Source: Candidatus Hermodarchaeum yapensis
GTDB lineage: Archaea; Asgardarchaeota; Hermodarchaeia; Hermodarchaeales; Hermodarchaeaceae
NCBI GenBank assembly: GCA_016840405.1
Contig: JAEOSK010000017.1
Coordinates: 1-58,400, forward strand
Direction: 5' to 3'
Length of the DNA stretch: 58,400 nucleotides
Shown: piece by piece, positions 27,841 through 37,759 of the stretch
Numbering within the stretch: position 1 is the first letter of the stretch
Layout: every line of letters starts with the position of its first letter
Translations under genes and position numbers: made by a program
Notes under the pieces: model-generated
Database searches by the model: none
What the model saw: only the letters and a program-made list of their open reading frames with translations
What the model was told of the DNA's origin: nothing

Positions 27841-28986
27841 TTGATGAATGCCATTCGTCAGGCCTTTGCGAGTCACTCAGAAACAGTACGAGATTATTTC
27901 GTTGCGTTAATTGAAGTGGATTCTGGAATTTACAATATCAATCAACTAAAAGTGATACTAGAAGAACCCGACTCAACCGTTCGCATGGAAACCGAATGGC
28001 TCCAATCCCTCCTCGAAGCCATCCATATCATCCAGAAGTATATTCGCCTAGTTGAACGATGGGTCGAACATACAATGGGGCTTGCTAAGAACCTTGGCGC
28101 TACTCAGAGCGAACTGATTCAACTTGAGCGCCTTGAACTTCGGGCCTCAGAGATGGTTCAGTCAAAAGACTTTGATCAAAAATACCTGCGTTGGGTTCTT
28201 GAGGATGCAGCACAGGAACTAGATCGCCTTATTGTCACAGCTCATGAACTCCTTCATGAGGCTTCACGTTTAATCGAATTGACGGAAAAATTTCAAGGCC
28301 CCTTCTTTTTTGGCACACAACAAATTGCTAAGAATTGGGAGGAACATTCTCGGCATGAGTTTCTTATACCGCTTTCTACGATTCTCCAAGAGCTTGACAC
28401 AACCGGAGACCCATCATTCACCCTTCAGCAATTTGGTCAGTATCTTGACACGATACTCCAAGTCGTTAATGCTATGCCAGTATTAGTCGTTGACTCCTCG
28501 GCAATTTCTACCTATTCCCCCCAAGCTCTTCAATCCAACCTCGGATTGATTCAACAACTCATTGACGGAGCAGAGCACCTCCAACAATTCATTCAAATCC
28601 GCTCACAGGTATTTTCTGTGTTGGTGAATGAACAAATCGCTCTGTGGAATGCCATACTTCCTTCGGATACTCCTGTTGCTCAGGTCTTGATTACCCTAGG
28701 TTTGAACCCGTCACAAGAAACAGACAATCTCCTCCCTAATCCCATCCCCACAGACACATTGCCATTGGCGCTAAAACAGGCCGAGGAAGCTCTCACCATC
28801 TGGGATATTTCCATTGAAGCCTCAATGCCGTATCTCAACAAGGCATTAGTTCTCAACCAAATTCTCCAATCGCCAGCAATCGCAAAATTCCTGCAAGCCG
28901 ACCAACAACGAATGCAATTGTATCATGAATGGCGCCCCCGAATTACTGCAACTTTTGAAAGTCTTCGCAATTCAATTGGAACCTAA
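27841..28986 (+). CDS. Hypothetical all-alpha-helical protein, paralog B
   Basis: 381 aa, near-gapless similarity to 20581-21717. Confidence 0.85.
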   Translation: MMNAIRQAFASHSETVRDYFVALIEVDSGIYNINQLKVILEEPDSTVRMETEWLQSLLEAIHIIQKYIRLVERWVEHTMGLAKNLGATQSELIQLERLELRASEMVQSKDFDQKYLRWVLEDAAQELDRLIVTAHELLHEASRLIELTEKFQGPFFFGTQQIAKNWEEHSRHEFLIPLSTILQELDTTGDPSFTLQQFGQYLDTILQVVNAMPVLVVDSSAISTYSPQALQSNLGLIQQLIDGAEHLQQFIQIRSQVFSVLVNEQIALWNAILPSDTPVAQVLITLGLNPSQETDNLLPNPIPTDTLPLALKQAEEALTIWDISIEASMPYLNKALVLNQILQSPAIAKFLQADQQRMQLYHEWRPRITATFESLRNSIGT

Positions 28987-28989
28987 CAA

Positions 28990-29805
28990 TCATTTTTTCT
29001 TGCGTTTCCGTGAAGGTTGTATTGTTTCCTGCATTTCCGAAAAGTCGCAACCCACAACCTCAATGTTGTCTAAATTTCCTTCTCCCAATCCACGGTTCAT
29101 GGCTTCTTGAATTATGGGCATTTTCTCTGGTTTCATACCCATTAACGCAGCACCTACCGCATCAACTGCCACTGCATCCCGCCCAACGAGAAACACATTA
29201 GCTGGAATTCGTGTCTTCTGACCTGACCCTGGTCCAGGATAGGCAAAAGTTCCATCCAATATTGCCAAGTCAATACCGCCCAGTACCTCAAACAAATCGA
29301 GTAATACTAGATCCAATTTCTTGTGGAACCGAGCTTTCTTTTTCATCGGGGGTAACCCAAAGAGGTTCTTGATAACAGATCCTTTCTCATAAAATCGCAA
29401 GGTGTGAGTGCTTACCAGGACTCGTGATTCGAATAAGAGGTGCGACAATGCCATTTCCTCGCCTGCGATAGTCACCGTCCGCGTGTCTGAATCTTCAGAG
29501 AGATTGTAGGGTACAACCCGGTCAGAATAGAGTTCTCTCCAAATCTGTAATCGCTCAGTACCAGTACCACGATAATTATCGGATTCAATGAACCATAGCT
29601 TTGGAGCTTTTGAAAAACTCTCTACGATTGCTCGAGCAATAGGTATCGTCGTATATTGTTCTTGTTTTGGCGCAAAGACACCTACTTTCACCAATACTTC
29701 CCGGTCCGGTGTATTAAGATCAGGAATGCCCCCAATTAGGTCCACTGCCTGAGCAAAGGAAGACGAAACATCACTACCCAAGCCCATAAGCGCAACTTTT
29801 ACCAA
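28990..29805 (-). CDS. DUF362 domain protein
   Basis: VLVK, IKNLFG..K..FH, ILDG, GRDAVAVDAVGAALMG and RGLGEG motifs. Confidence 0.85.
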   Translation of the reverse strand: MVKVALMGLGSDVSSSFAQAVDLIGGIPDLNTPDREVLVKVGVFAPKQEQYTTIPIARAIVESFSKAPKLWFIESDNYRGTGTERLQIWRELYSDRVVPYNLSEDSDTRTVTIAGEEMALSHLLFESRVLVSTHTLRFYEKGSVIKNLFGLPPMKKKARFHKKLDLVLLDLFEVLGGIDLAILDGTFAYPGPGSGQKTRIPANVFLVGRDAVAVDAVGAALMGMKPEKMPIIQEAMNRGLGEGNLDNIEVVGCDFSEMQETIQPSRKRKKK

Positions 29806-29882
29806 CTATATCTACACCTAACAATACACTAGTTTCGTGTCTAAGATTTCATAATTGACTAAAAGTCTATTCACTACATAAC

Positions 29883-30362
29883 ATGCTCTCAGAAAAACCT
29901 AGGGGTGCTTTCATGGCTGACAATTGTGGATTTTATTGGCTTGAAAAGGGGACACTTGCTGGCTCAGCATACCCTGGCGCCTGTCTTGATTGGTTATATC
30001 ATCATCAGGGAATTCGAGCCATTATCTCTCTTGAACGATTACAGCCACAGGATCTTGAAACAGCTAAACAATTAGGGTTTCAGCTTGTGACCGTTCCCAT
30101 TCCCGATTTTACTCCCGGCTCCTTAGCTCAACGTGAACAAGTTCTGACGGCTATTGACACATTTCAAAAAATCGGACTACCAACTCTGGTTCATTGCCAA
30201 GGCGGGCTAGGACGAACAGGAATGACACTAGCTCTCTACCTTGTTCTTTATAACGGCATTAATCCTCAGGAGGCAATTTCTAGGATACGGACGATTTGTC
30301 CAGGATCCATTGAAGAGGGGACGGGGCAGGAAGAAGTCATACGTTCTGCAATTACTGAATGA
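29883..30362 (+). CDS. Dual-specificity (Cys-based) protein phosphatase
   Basis: IPDF acid loop and HCQGGLGRTG P-loop (CX5R). Confidence 0.92.
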   Translation: MLSEKPRGAFMADNCGFYWLEKGTLAGSAYPGACLDWLYHHQGIRAIISLERLQPQDLETAKQLGFQLVTVPIPDFTPGSLAQREQVLTAIDTFQKIGLPTLVHCQGGLGRTGMTLALYLVLYNGINPQEAISRIRTICPGSIEEGTGQEEVIRSAITE

Positions 30363-30387
30363 AAACGATTCGTGTCAACGTGACAAG

Positions 30388-31782
30388 CTAGAGATCTACC
30401 TTTTTGACTGGTTTCCGTTTTAAGAACTGACCGTGGCCACTTTCGCCCACGAACTTTCCGTCACTCACTACGACTTTCCCTCGCGAAATTGTGGTTTTTG
30501 GATACCCTGTGAGTTGCCAGCCTTCAAAGGGGCTCCAATCACAATTGGTCTGGAGATCCTCTGCGTGAAGAGTGACCTTCTTGTTCGGGTCAAAAACTAC
30601 AAGGTCTGCATCACTGCCAACTGCAATTGTGCCTTTCTTCGGGTACATGCCGAAGAGCATGGCGGGATTCGTACTTGCTAAACCTATAAGATGATTGATT
30701 GAGAAACGTTGTTTGCCGACTCCTTCGGTGTACATGAGTGGGAACATCGTTTCAACGCCTGGCAGTCCAAAGGGAATCTTTCGGAAATCACCTTTCCACA
30801 TGGCTTTCTGTTTTGTATCAAATGTACAGGTATCAGTGGCGATCACTTGGATGTCACCGTTAACCAATCCTTGCCAGAGCTGTGTGTTATCTTCTTTTTT
30901 CTTGATTTGTGGGCATGTTGCATAGAGGTGCCCGTTTTCTCCCTTGAATACTGAATCATCAAGTAACAAGTACTGGGGACAGGTTTCAGCATAAACGTCG
31001 ACACCCCGCTCTTTTGCATCATGGACGTATTGTGCACTTTCACCAGCGGACATGTGGACAATATACAGGCGCCCCCCTGTCACTTCAGCCCATTTGATGG
31101 CACGTTGCACGGCTTCAGATTCAGTGTAACCAGGTCTGGATAATGTGTGGGCATAAGCACCCCATTTTTCCTTCTCCTGAGCATATCGCTCTATGAGCAT
31201 CTCCAAGACATCCATGCTTTCTGCATGGACGCCAATCATACCACTGTACTTCTTGGTCTCTTCCAGGGCTTGAAAGAGCATGCCATCGTCAGCCATCCAG
31301 CCTTCATTCTTGTAGATCATGAACATTTTGAAAGTTGGAATTCCATAGTCGATGACTTGTTTGATTTCAGCTTGGGTTGCTTCATTCCAATCCGTGATGG
31401 CGGCATGGAGCCCATAATCAATACAGACCTTTTCGTCGGCTTCTTGTCGACGAGCCTTTACAGCGTCCATAATGGAGTGACCCTTTTGTTGAATGGCAAA
31501 ATCTATGACGGTTGTAACTCCACCCATTGCAGCGGCTTTTGTACCATTTTCGAAATCATCTGCAGATATAGTGCCACTAAATGGTAGCTGGAGATGAACG
31601 TGTACGTCAATAGCCCCCGGAAACACATACATCCCCTTGGCATCAATAACCTGTGTCCCAGAATCCGGTTTGAGGTCTTTGGAGATTACTGCAATTTTCT
31701 CACCAGTTATTCCAATATCTGCTTGAACGGTTTCAGTAGCAGTGACAATTATCCCATTTTTCACAATTATATCCAGCTTCAT
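30388..31782 (-). CDS. hydA: Dihydropyrimidinase
   Basis: IDVHVH, DDFENGTKAAAMGG, FKMFM (carbamylated Lys), VHAE, IVHMS and ETCPQYL motifs. Confidence 0.93.
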   Translation of the reverse strand: MKLDIIVKNGIIVTATETVQADIGITGEKIAVISKDLKPDSGTQVIDAKGMYVFPGAIDVHVHLQLPFSGTISADDFENGTKAAAMGGVTTVIDFAIQQKGHSIMDAVKARRQEADEKVCIDYGLHAAITDWNEATQAEIKQVIDYGIPTFKMFMIYKNEGWMADDGMLFQALEETKKYSGMIGVHAESMDVLEMLIERYAQEKEKWGAYAHTLSRPGYTESEAVQRAIKWAEVTGGRLYIVHMSAGESAQYVHDAKERGVDVYAETCPQYLLLDDSVFKGENGHLYATCPQIKKKEDNTQLWQGLVNGDIQVIATDTCTFDTKQKAMWKGDFRKIPFGLPGVETMFPLMYTEGVGKQRFSINHLIGLASTNPAMLFGMYPKKGTIAVGSDADLVVFDPNKKVTLHAEDLQTNCDWSPFEGWQLTGYPKTTISRGKVVVSDGKFVGESGHGQFLKRKPVKKVDL

Positions 31783-31884
31783 TACGTGTCACATCTCCAC
31801 GGTTTCAACGATTTTACGACCTTTATGAGTTTGGGAAATGCCTAAATCACGACAAACCAATGTCTACTCTAATTATTTGTTCTG

Positions 31885-32760
31885 GTGAGAACGATGCGAA
31901 AAGTTCGGATTGGACTAGTGCAAACCCGCTGGGAAGGCAAAGTTACCGATGAAAAGACCATTCGAACCAATGTAGAGAAAATGATTCAAAAACACGAAGC
32001 ATATACTGAAACGGCTGCCAAAGAGGGTGCTCACTTTCTCTGTTTCCAAGAACTCTTTTTTGGTCCATATTTTTGTGCAGAACAGAAAGCTCGTTGGTAT
32101 AAATTTGCCGAACCGATTCCTGGCCCCATTAGTAATCGAATGAGCCACTTAGCGAAAAAGCATAACATCATTCTCATTGTCCCCATGTATGAGGAAGAAA
32201 TGAAAGGCGTCTACTACAATACGGCTATCGTCATCGATCAAAATGGACAGATTCTAGGGAAATATCGAAAAACTCACATTCCACATCTCGGTCCTGGATT
32301 TTGGGAGAAGTTCTATTTCCGGCCCGGGAATCTGGGATATCCGGTCTTCGAGACCATGTACGGCAAGATTGGTGTGTATATCTGTTATGATCGTCACTTT
32401 CCAGAAGGAGCACGTGCTTTGGGATTAAATGGGGCAGAGATTGTCTTCAATCCCTCAGCAACCGTCGCAGGATTATCGGATCATCTGTGGACAATAGAAC
32501 AACCTGCTCATGCCATTGCCAATGGATATTTCATCGCTGCCATCAATCGGGTTGGTGAAGGTCCATGGAAGACGGGAACCTTCTATGGAAGCTCATATGT
32601 CGCAAACCCTCGCGGTGAAATTGTCAAACAAGCTTCTGCTGACAAAGATGAACTTCTACTCATCGATATTGACTTGGACATGATCGAAGAAGTTCGAAAC
32701 ACTTGGCAGTTCTTCCGCGATCGTCGTCCCGACTTGTACAAGAACCTATGTGAGACTTGA
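31885..32760 (+). CDS. Beta-ureidopropionase, nitrilase/CN-hydrolase family
   Basis: FQELF, YRKTHIP and YICYDRHFPE catalytic E-K-C triad, plus WQFFRDRRP. Adjacent to hydA. Confidence 0.88.
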   Translation: MRTMRKVRIGLVQTRWEGKVTDEKTIRTNVEKMIQKHEAYTETAAKEGAHFLCFQELFFGPYFCAEQKARWYKFAEPIPGPISNRMSHLAKKHNIILIVPMYEEEMKGVYYNTAIVIDQNGQILGKYRKTHIPHLGPGFWEKFYFRPGNLGYPVFETMYGKIGVYICYDRHFPEGARALGLNGAEIVFNPSATVAGLSDHLWTIEQPAHAIANGYFIAAINRVGEGPWKTGTFYGSSYVANPRGEIVKQASADKDELLLIDIDLDMIEEVRNTWQFFRDRRPDLYKNLCET

Positions 32761-32770
32761 CTCAATAGGG

Positions 32771-34120
32771 CTAGAGGTTCTTTTCGACGATCGTGAACGC
32801 CTTATCAAGAATCTGATAGGCTTGGTCCATTTGCTCTTTCGTAAGTTCCAAAGGAGGCTGTATGCGGATGGCATTCCCATCGATTCCTCCTTTGCCGATG
32901 AGTAACCCCTCGTTCTTACAAAGTTCCATGACTTGAAGCATTTCTTGCGTCGCGGGCTCCTTTGTCGTTTGGTTTCGTACCAATTCGATGCCCAGCATCA
33001 TTCCCTGCCCACGGACCTCCCCAACAATTTTGTGCTCTTCTTTGAGGGCTTTTAAAAGCTTTTTCAGGTAGGTTCCATGTTCCATGGCTCGTTGGAGGTA
33101 ATTACCTTCTTGGATGATATCTAACACCGCGATTGCTGCGGCGCAAGAAAGCGGGTTCCCACCAAATGTAGCAAAACTATCCGTGGTGGTGTACTTTTCA
33201 GCGTACTTTGGATGCGTTAGGAATCCACCGATTGGAACGCCACTCCCAAAGCCCTTTGCCATTGTAATAATATCTGGTATGACACCCGTATGTTGGATTC
33301 CCCACCATTTGTCGCCTGTTCGTCCAAACCCGGTTTGCACCTCATCACTGATGTAAAGTCCCCCAAATTCTTTGACGATTTCATGGGTAATCTGGAAAAA
33401 TTCAGGAGGCGGTTGAATAATGCCACCAACGCCTTGGATTGGTTCGACAATAAATGCGGCAATGGCCTTATTAGTTTGGGTTCGAATGATTTCACGTAGG
33501 TATCGGGCACATTGCACATCGCACTCAGGATATTCCTTTCCAAAGGGACATCGGTAACAATACCCGTAGGGTTGAAAACGAACCCCCGGGGGATGCGCTT
33601 CTGGTACAGTACGCCATCCGGCACTTGATAATTCTCGTGCAAGGGCTGTACGACCGTGATAAGCGTGTGTGCATGCAATGATATAGGGGTTATTCGTGAA
33701 TTTTCGCGCCATAAACAGAGCGGATTCATTTGCTTCCGAACCGCTGTTCACGATAAACGATTGAGTGAGATCTGGTGGAGCAACTTCTGCGAGGCGTTTA
33801 GATAATACTGCGTAAGGCACTGTAGCATACAGGGAGCTGGTATAGACGAGCCTTTCAATCTGCCATTGTAAGGTTGCCACAAATTTTGGATGTGTATAAC
33901 CGGTTATTGTTGTGCAAATTCCTGCAAAAAGATCGATGAATTTCCTTCCTGTGGAATCCTCTAAGGTTGCTCCTTCTCCATGGACCAAGAGTAACGGGTT
34001 CTCGTAGTAATGGGTCACTCCGGGAATTACGAATTCCTTTTCTAAATCGAGAATGGCTTTAGCTGAATAGGCTTTCCGAAGATCTTCTGGAACGAGTTTT
34101 TCATCCATAATTAACAACAC
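32771..34120 (-). CDS. Class III aminotransferase (AGXT2/PYD4-like, probable beta-alanine aminotransferase)
   Basis: NSGSEANE, YHGRT, DEVQTGFGRTG, MAKG and TFGGNP motifs. Located in the pyrimidine cluster. Confidence 0.85.
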   Translation of the reverse strand: MLLIMDEKLVPEDLRKAYSAKAILDLEKEFVIPGVTHYYENPLLLVHGEGATLEDSTGRKFIDLFAGICTTITGYTHPKFVATLQWQIERLVYTSSLYATVPYAVLSKRLAEVAPPDLTQSFIVNSGSEANESALFMARKFTNNPYIIACTHAYHGRTALARELSSAGWRTVPEAHPPGVRFQPYGYCYRCPFGKEYPECDVQCARYLREIIRTQTNKAIAAFIVEPIQGVGGIIQPPPEFFQITHEIVKEFGGLYISDEVQTGFGRTGDKWWGIQHTGVIPDIITMAKGFGSGVPIGGFLTHPKYAEKYTTTDSFATFGGNPLSCAAAIAVLDIIQEGNYLQRAMEHGTYLKKLLKALKEEHKIVGEVRGQGMMLGIELVRNQTTKEPATQEMLQVMELCKNEGLLIGKGGIDGNAIRIQPPLELTKEQMDQAYQILDKAFTIVEKNL

Positions 34121-34189
34121 CTACGAATGGTATTATGAATATACATGTGCCTAAAGGCTTTATCTGGAAAGGGCTCCTTTTAGAAATGA

Positions 34190-35422
34190 ATGGAGGTTAA
34201 AGTTCCCATGGCTGAAAATCCCTTAGCGATAGATTTTACCGGCATTCCTTTTGAAAATCCTTTTATGCTCTCGTCTGCACCCCCAACACTCGATGCTAAA
34301 CGCGTCATTCGTGCTGCTAAGCTTGGGTGGGGAGGCGCTGTTCTCAAAACCGTAATGGAGGAACCCACTGTCGATCCACGCACACGCTTGGGTGCAATAC
34401 GTGTACATGGAAAGCCGATCGGGATGAATAACATTGAACTCCTCTCTCGTCACCCCCTCAAAACTTGGACCGATTCCTGGATACCTGAAATAAAGGAAAA
34501 AACACCCAAGGACTTCGTTATTGTTGCTAGCATCATGTCGGGTCCCGAACCTGAAGGTTGGACCACAATGGCAGAAACCCTTTCACGAACAGGTGTGAAT
34601 GCATTGGAACTGAATGTCTCCTGCCCTCATGGTTCACCAGAAAAACATATGGGTGCTTTCATAGGACAAAATCCTGACCTAGTTCAGAAAGTCACGAAGG
34701 CAGCCAAAAAAGGCACAGACCTTCCAATCTTTGTGAAATTAACACCAAATGTTACTGACATTGTGCCTATCGCCAAGGCGGCCGTTCAAGGTGGAGCAAA
34801 TGCTTTGTCAGCGATAAACACGGTTGAATCGCTCATTGGAATTGACATTGAAACGGCTACTCCTTTACCCTTTGCCTACGATGCAGAACTTTCAAATCCC
34901 CAAAGCACCTATGGAGGCTTCTGTGGGCCTGCTGTTCGCCCCATTGGTTTACGGTTTGTATCACAAATAGCCAAAGCCCTTCCAAATATTCCCATTTCTG
35001 GAATGGGAGGCATTGAACGCTGGGAAAACGCAGTTGAATACCTGATGGTGGGTGCTAGTACTCTACAAATTTGTACCGCGGTGATGTGGTACGGATTCAA
35101 AATCATTCAAAACCTCAAAAAGGGATTAATCCAATTCATTGCTCGAAAGAAGTATGGAACCCTCAGCAAAATAGTAGGCAATGCCCTACCTAACATCACC
35201 TCCTGGACAGCATTACCAAAGCTATCTCCAGTCGTTGCACGAATCATACACAAAAAATGTAATTTGGGCAAAGAGTGTTTAGTTGCCTGCGCTGACGCCG
35301 GTTATCAAGCGATTCGAATGAAAGGAAAGCAACTAGTTGTCGATCCAGAGAAATGTGACGGCTGTGGACTCTGCGCCGTTGTGTGCAGAGCGAATGCTAT
35401 TGAATTCATTAAAAAGCCATAA
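34190..35422 (+). CDS. preA: Dihydropyrimidine dehydrogenase, FMN/Fe-S subunit PreA
   Basis: SAPPT, GWGGAVLKT, NNIELLS, ELNVSCPHG and KLTPNVTDI motifs, plus a C-terminal ferredoxin domain. Confidence 0.92.
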   Translation: MEVKVPMAENPLAIDFTGIPFENPFMLSSAPPTLDAKRVIRAAKLGWGGAVLKTVMEEPTVDPRTRLGAIRVHGKPIGMNNIELLSRHPLKTWTDSWIPEIKEKTPKDFVIVASIMSGPEPEGWTTMAETLSRTGVNALELNVSCPHGSPEKHMGAFIGQNPDLVQKVTKAAKKGTDLPIFVKLTPNVTDIVPIAKAAVQGGANALSAINTVESLIGIDIETATPLPFAYDAELSNPQSTYGGFCGPAVRPIGLRFVSQIAKALPNIPISGMGGIERWENAVEYLMVGASTLQICTAVMWYGFKIIQNLKKGLIQFIARKKYGTLSKIVGNALPNITSWTALPKLSPVVARIIHKKCNLGKECLVACADAGYQAIRMKGKQLVVDPEKCDGCGLCAVVCRANAIEFIKKP

Positions 35423-35489
35423 GAACACTTCATCCCTTCACGAACCTCTCAGATAGTTAGGTTCCTGTTGATTTGAAAAAGGTGAGCGT

Positions 35490-35921
35490 ATGTCCCTCGG
35501 AACAGTTGATGTTGTCCTCAAGTTCGCCATTGACCTTGAAGGGATGGCGGCAGCATTCTACGAAACGGCTACTACTATCACACAAAGTCAAGAATTGAAA
35601 AGTCTCTTTGAAGCCCTCTTACTTCAAGGGCAAAGTCAAATTCAAACACTAATCCAACTCCGACGACTGATCCCTTCTCCCGTTATCAAAGAAGCCGTTT
35701 CAAACATTGAAAGCAGTCGCTATAGACCTATAACCGAATGCCCACCTTCTTGTCCTGATACTCAACTTATCGAATTAGCAACGAATATGGAAGCAAAAAT
35801 TCTGGACTTCTATGAAATGGCTAGTGACCAACTCGGATTCATTGAAGAAGTGCCAGGTGTTTTCGACCATCTAGCTGAAGATCATAGATTGAATCAAAAG
35901 AGGCTGCAGACTGGAAGCTAA
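35490..35921 (+). CDS. Ferritin/rubrerythrin-like four-helix protein
   Basis: AIDLE..AAAFYE and A.NME....FYE..F..LAEDH repeats. Metal ligands are partly degenerate. Confidence 0.7.
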   Translation: MSLGTVDVVLKFAIDLEGMAAAFYETATTITQSQELKSLFEALLLQGQSQIQTLIQLRRLIPSPVIKEAVSNIESSRYRPITECPPSCPDTQLIELATNMEAKILDFYEMASDQLGFIEEVPGVFDHLAEDHRLNQKRLQTGS

Positions 35922-36077
35922 CAATGAACTAGCCAGGATGGAACACATCAACACCAACATTCCAAAGAACAATGAAATTACTCTTTTTTCCAATTTTTAC
36001 ACTCTTCATGGAGTGGTTTCCAATGTGAGTAACAATGAAAAGCATAGAATTCACAGTTAGGAAGATTTTAGATACTG

Positions 36078-36938
36078 GTGACGGTCATGTGTAAAATCTG
36101 CACCATGCATGGCGGTGGCAAGAAATGGTTTGAAGTCAAACGCCATGTCGAAGTAAAATATGCGAAAGAAATGGGGTTTGAGCCCTGGGAAAAGGACCAT
36201 TGGCATTACGTCCACCAACAATATGCCCAACTCGCTGCACAAGCCGGGGACGCCATGGCTGATCCGGCTCTTGCGGAAAATATTCGAAAATTACTAACAG
36301 ACATGATTTTCCAAATCCATCCTCTCACGAAAGATGTTACCTTCACGTTTCCCCAGGGACATGGAGCTCAAGTCCTGACCCGACAAGAACTTGAAGGCGT
36401 AATCAAACTCTCTGGTGAACCCTACCTCGTTGAATGCCTCTGCCGCAAGATGATTAATAATGCCAGTGATCGCTGCTGCATTCCCCTCGGGCTACATGGT
36501 GAAACCGCTGAAATGTTCCCTTCCAAAAATGAAAAAGTGGAACGCATAAGCGTCGATGAAGCAATAGCCCTGACACGCCAATTCAACAAAGACGGACGAG
36601 TACACACCCTCGCTGGCACACCATTACCAATGGCAATGGCAGTATGCAATTGTGAACTTCCCTTTTGCATTGCCTTACGTCCACGCGTAGATATGGGCTT
36701 CAAATACATCATTCGAAGTCATTGGGTGGCAAAAGTCGATGTCGATAAATGTTCCGGGTGCCAGGAGTGTCTATCACGATGCCAATTCGGGGCAATTCAA
36801 TTCCAAAATTCAACCGAACGGGCAATAATAGACATGTGGAAGTGCTATGGCTGTGGATTATGCGCTGAAACGTGTCCTGAGAAAGCGATTGAACTACTTG
36901 ATCGCGAATCATTACCTGCGTTGAAGGATTGGTGGTAA
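36078..36938 (+). CDS. 4Fe-4S binding protein (N-terminal CxxC..HG motif, C-terminal 2x[4Fe-4S] domain)
   Basis: MCKICTMHGGGKKW, CLCR, VCNC, CSGCQECLSRC and CYGCGLCAETCP motifs. Confidence 0.88.
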   Translation: MTVMCKICTMHGGGKKWFEVKRHVEVKYAKEMGFEPWEKDHWHYVHQQYAQLAAQAGDAMADPALAENIRKLLTDMIFQIHPLTKDVTFTFPQGHGAQVLTRQELEGVIKLSGEPYLVECLCRKMINNASDRCCIPLGLHGETAEMFPSKNEKVERISVDEAIALTRQFNKDGRVHTLAGTPLPMAMAVCNCELPFCIALRPRVDMGFKYIIRSHWVAKVDVDKCSGCQECLSRCQFGAIQFQNSTERAIIDMWKCYGCGLCAETCPEKAIELLDRESLPALKDWW

Positions 36939-36940
36939 CA

Positions 36941-37189
36941 ATGAAAAATCACTATAATATCGAATGGCGCAAAGAGAAGTGTATCAATGCCTTCGACTGT
37001 GGAAAATGTCTTGAAGTCTGCCCTGAAGCCGTGTTTGCCATCTATGCACCAAACCGTGAAGAAGGAATTCCCCCCACCGAGTATATCATCTCTCCTGCCA
37101 TGCAGTACTTCTGCAACGGATGTGGGGCGTGCCTTGATGTGTGTCCAAAGGATGCGATCAAACTAACTCCAAAAGTAAAAGCAGAATAA
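36941..37189 (+). CDS. Ferredoxin (2x[4Fe-4S])
   Basis: CINAFDCGKCLEVCP and CNGCGACLDVCP. Confidence 0.88.
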   Translation: MKNHYNIEWRKEKCINAFDCGKCLEVCPEAVFAIYAPNREEGIPPTEYIISPAMQYFCNGCGACLDVCPKDAIKLTPKVKAE

Positions 37190-37236
37190 CAAAAGTAGTT
37201 CCATTATTTTCAAAAGAATACGCGCTAACAAAACCA

Positions 37237-37692
37237 TTAGAGTTTGAGTTCTTCGATTTTTGCAATAACTTCATCGACGTGACCACTGACCTTCACTTTT
37301 GGCCAGATATGCCGAAGAATACCCTCACGATCAATGAGAAAGGTTACACGATTTGCGATGCCAATTGCAGCGCGTTTAACGCCATAAAGCTCTACAATCG
37401 TTTTGTCAGCATCAGCGATGAGCGGATAATCCAACTCATGTTTCGCTTTGAAGCCTGCCTGACGTTTAATACTATCAGTGCTCACGCCAACCACCTTCAC
37501 GCCCATGCCAACAAGCCGAATCTTGTTATCCCGAAACGAACAGACTTCTTTCGTACATCCAGGAGTATAAGCCCTAGGATAGAAGAATAAAACGACAATG
37601 TTTCCTCGCAAGTCACTCAACTGCAACTCAGTATTTTCATCGGTAATTCCTGTAAAGTCAGGGGCAGGCTGCCCAATCTCTGGCAATGTCAT
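37237..37692 (-). CDS. bcp: Peroxiredoxin, BCP/PrxQ type
   Basis: FFYPRAYTPGCTKEVC and RVTFLID motifs. Confidence 0.92.
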   Translation of the reverse strand: MTLPEIGQPAPDFTGITDENTELQLSDLRGNIVVLFFYPRAYTPGCTKEVCSFRDNKIRLVGMGVKVVGVSTDSIKRQAGFKAKHELDYPLIADADKTIVELYGVKRAAIGIANRVTFLIDREGILRHIWPKVKVSGHVDEVIAKIEELKL

Positions 37693-37759
37693 GAAATAAC
37701 ACCTTACAAAGGACGAAGATTCGACCCATTATTATTTGTGACGCAATTCCCACTCGAAT

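Noticed and set aside
34133-34152. TTATGAATATAC as a further DUF134-type operator
   Set aside because: Only the left half matches; the CA-W-AA right half is missing.
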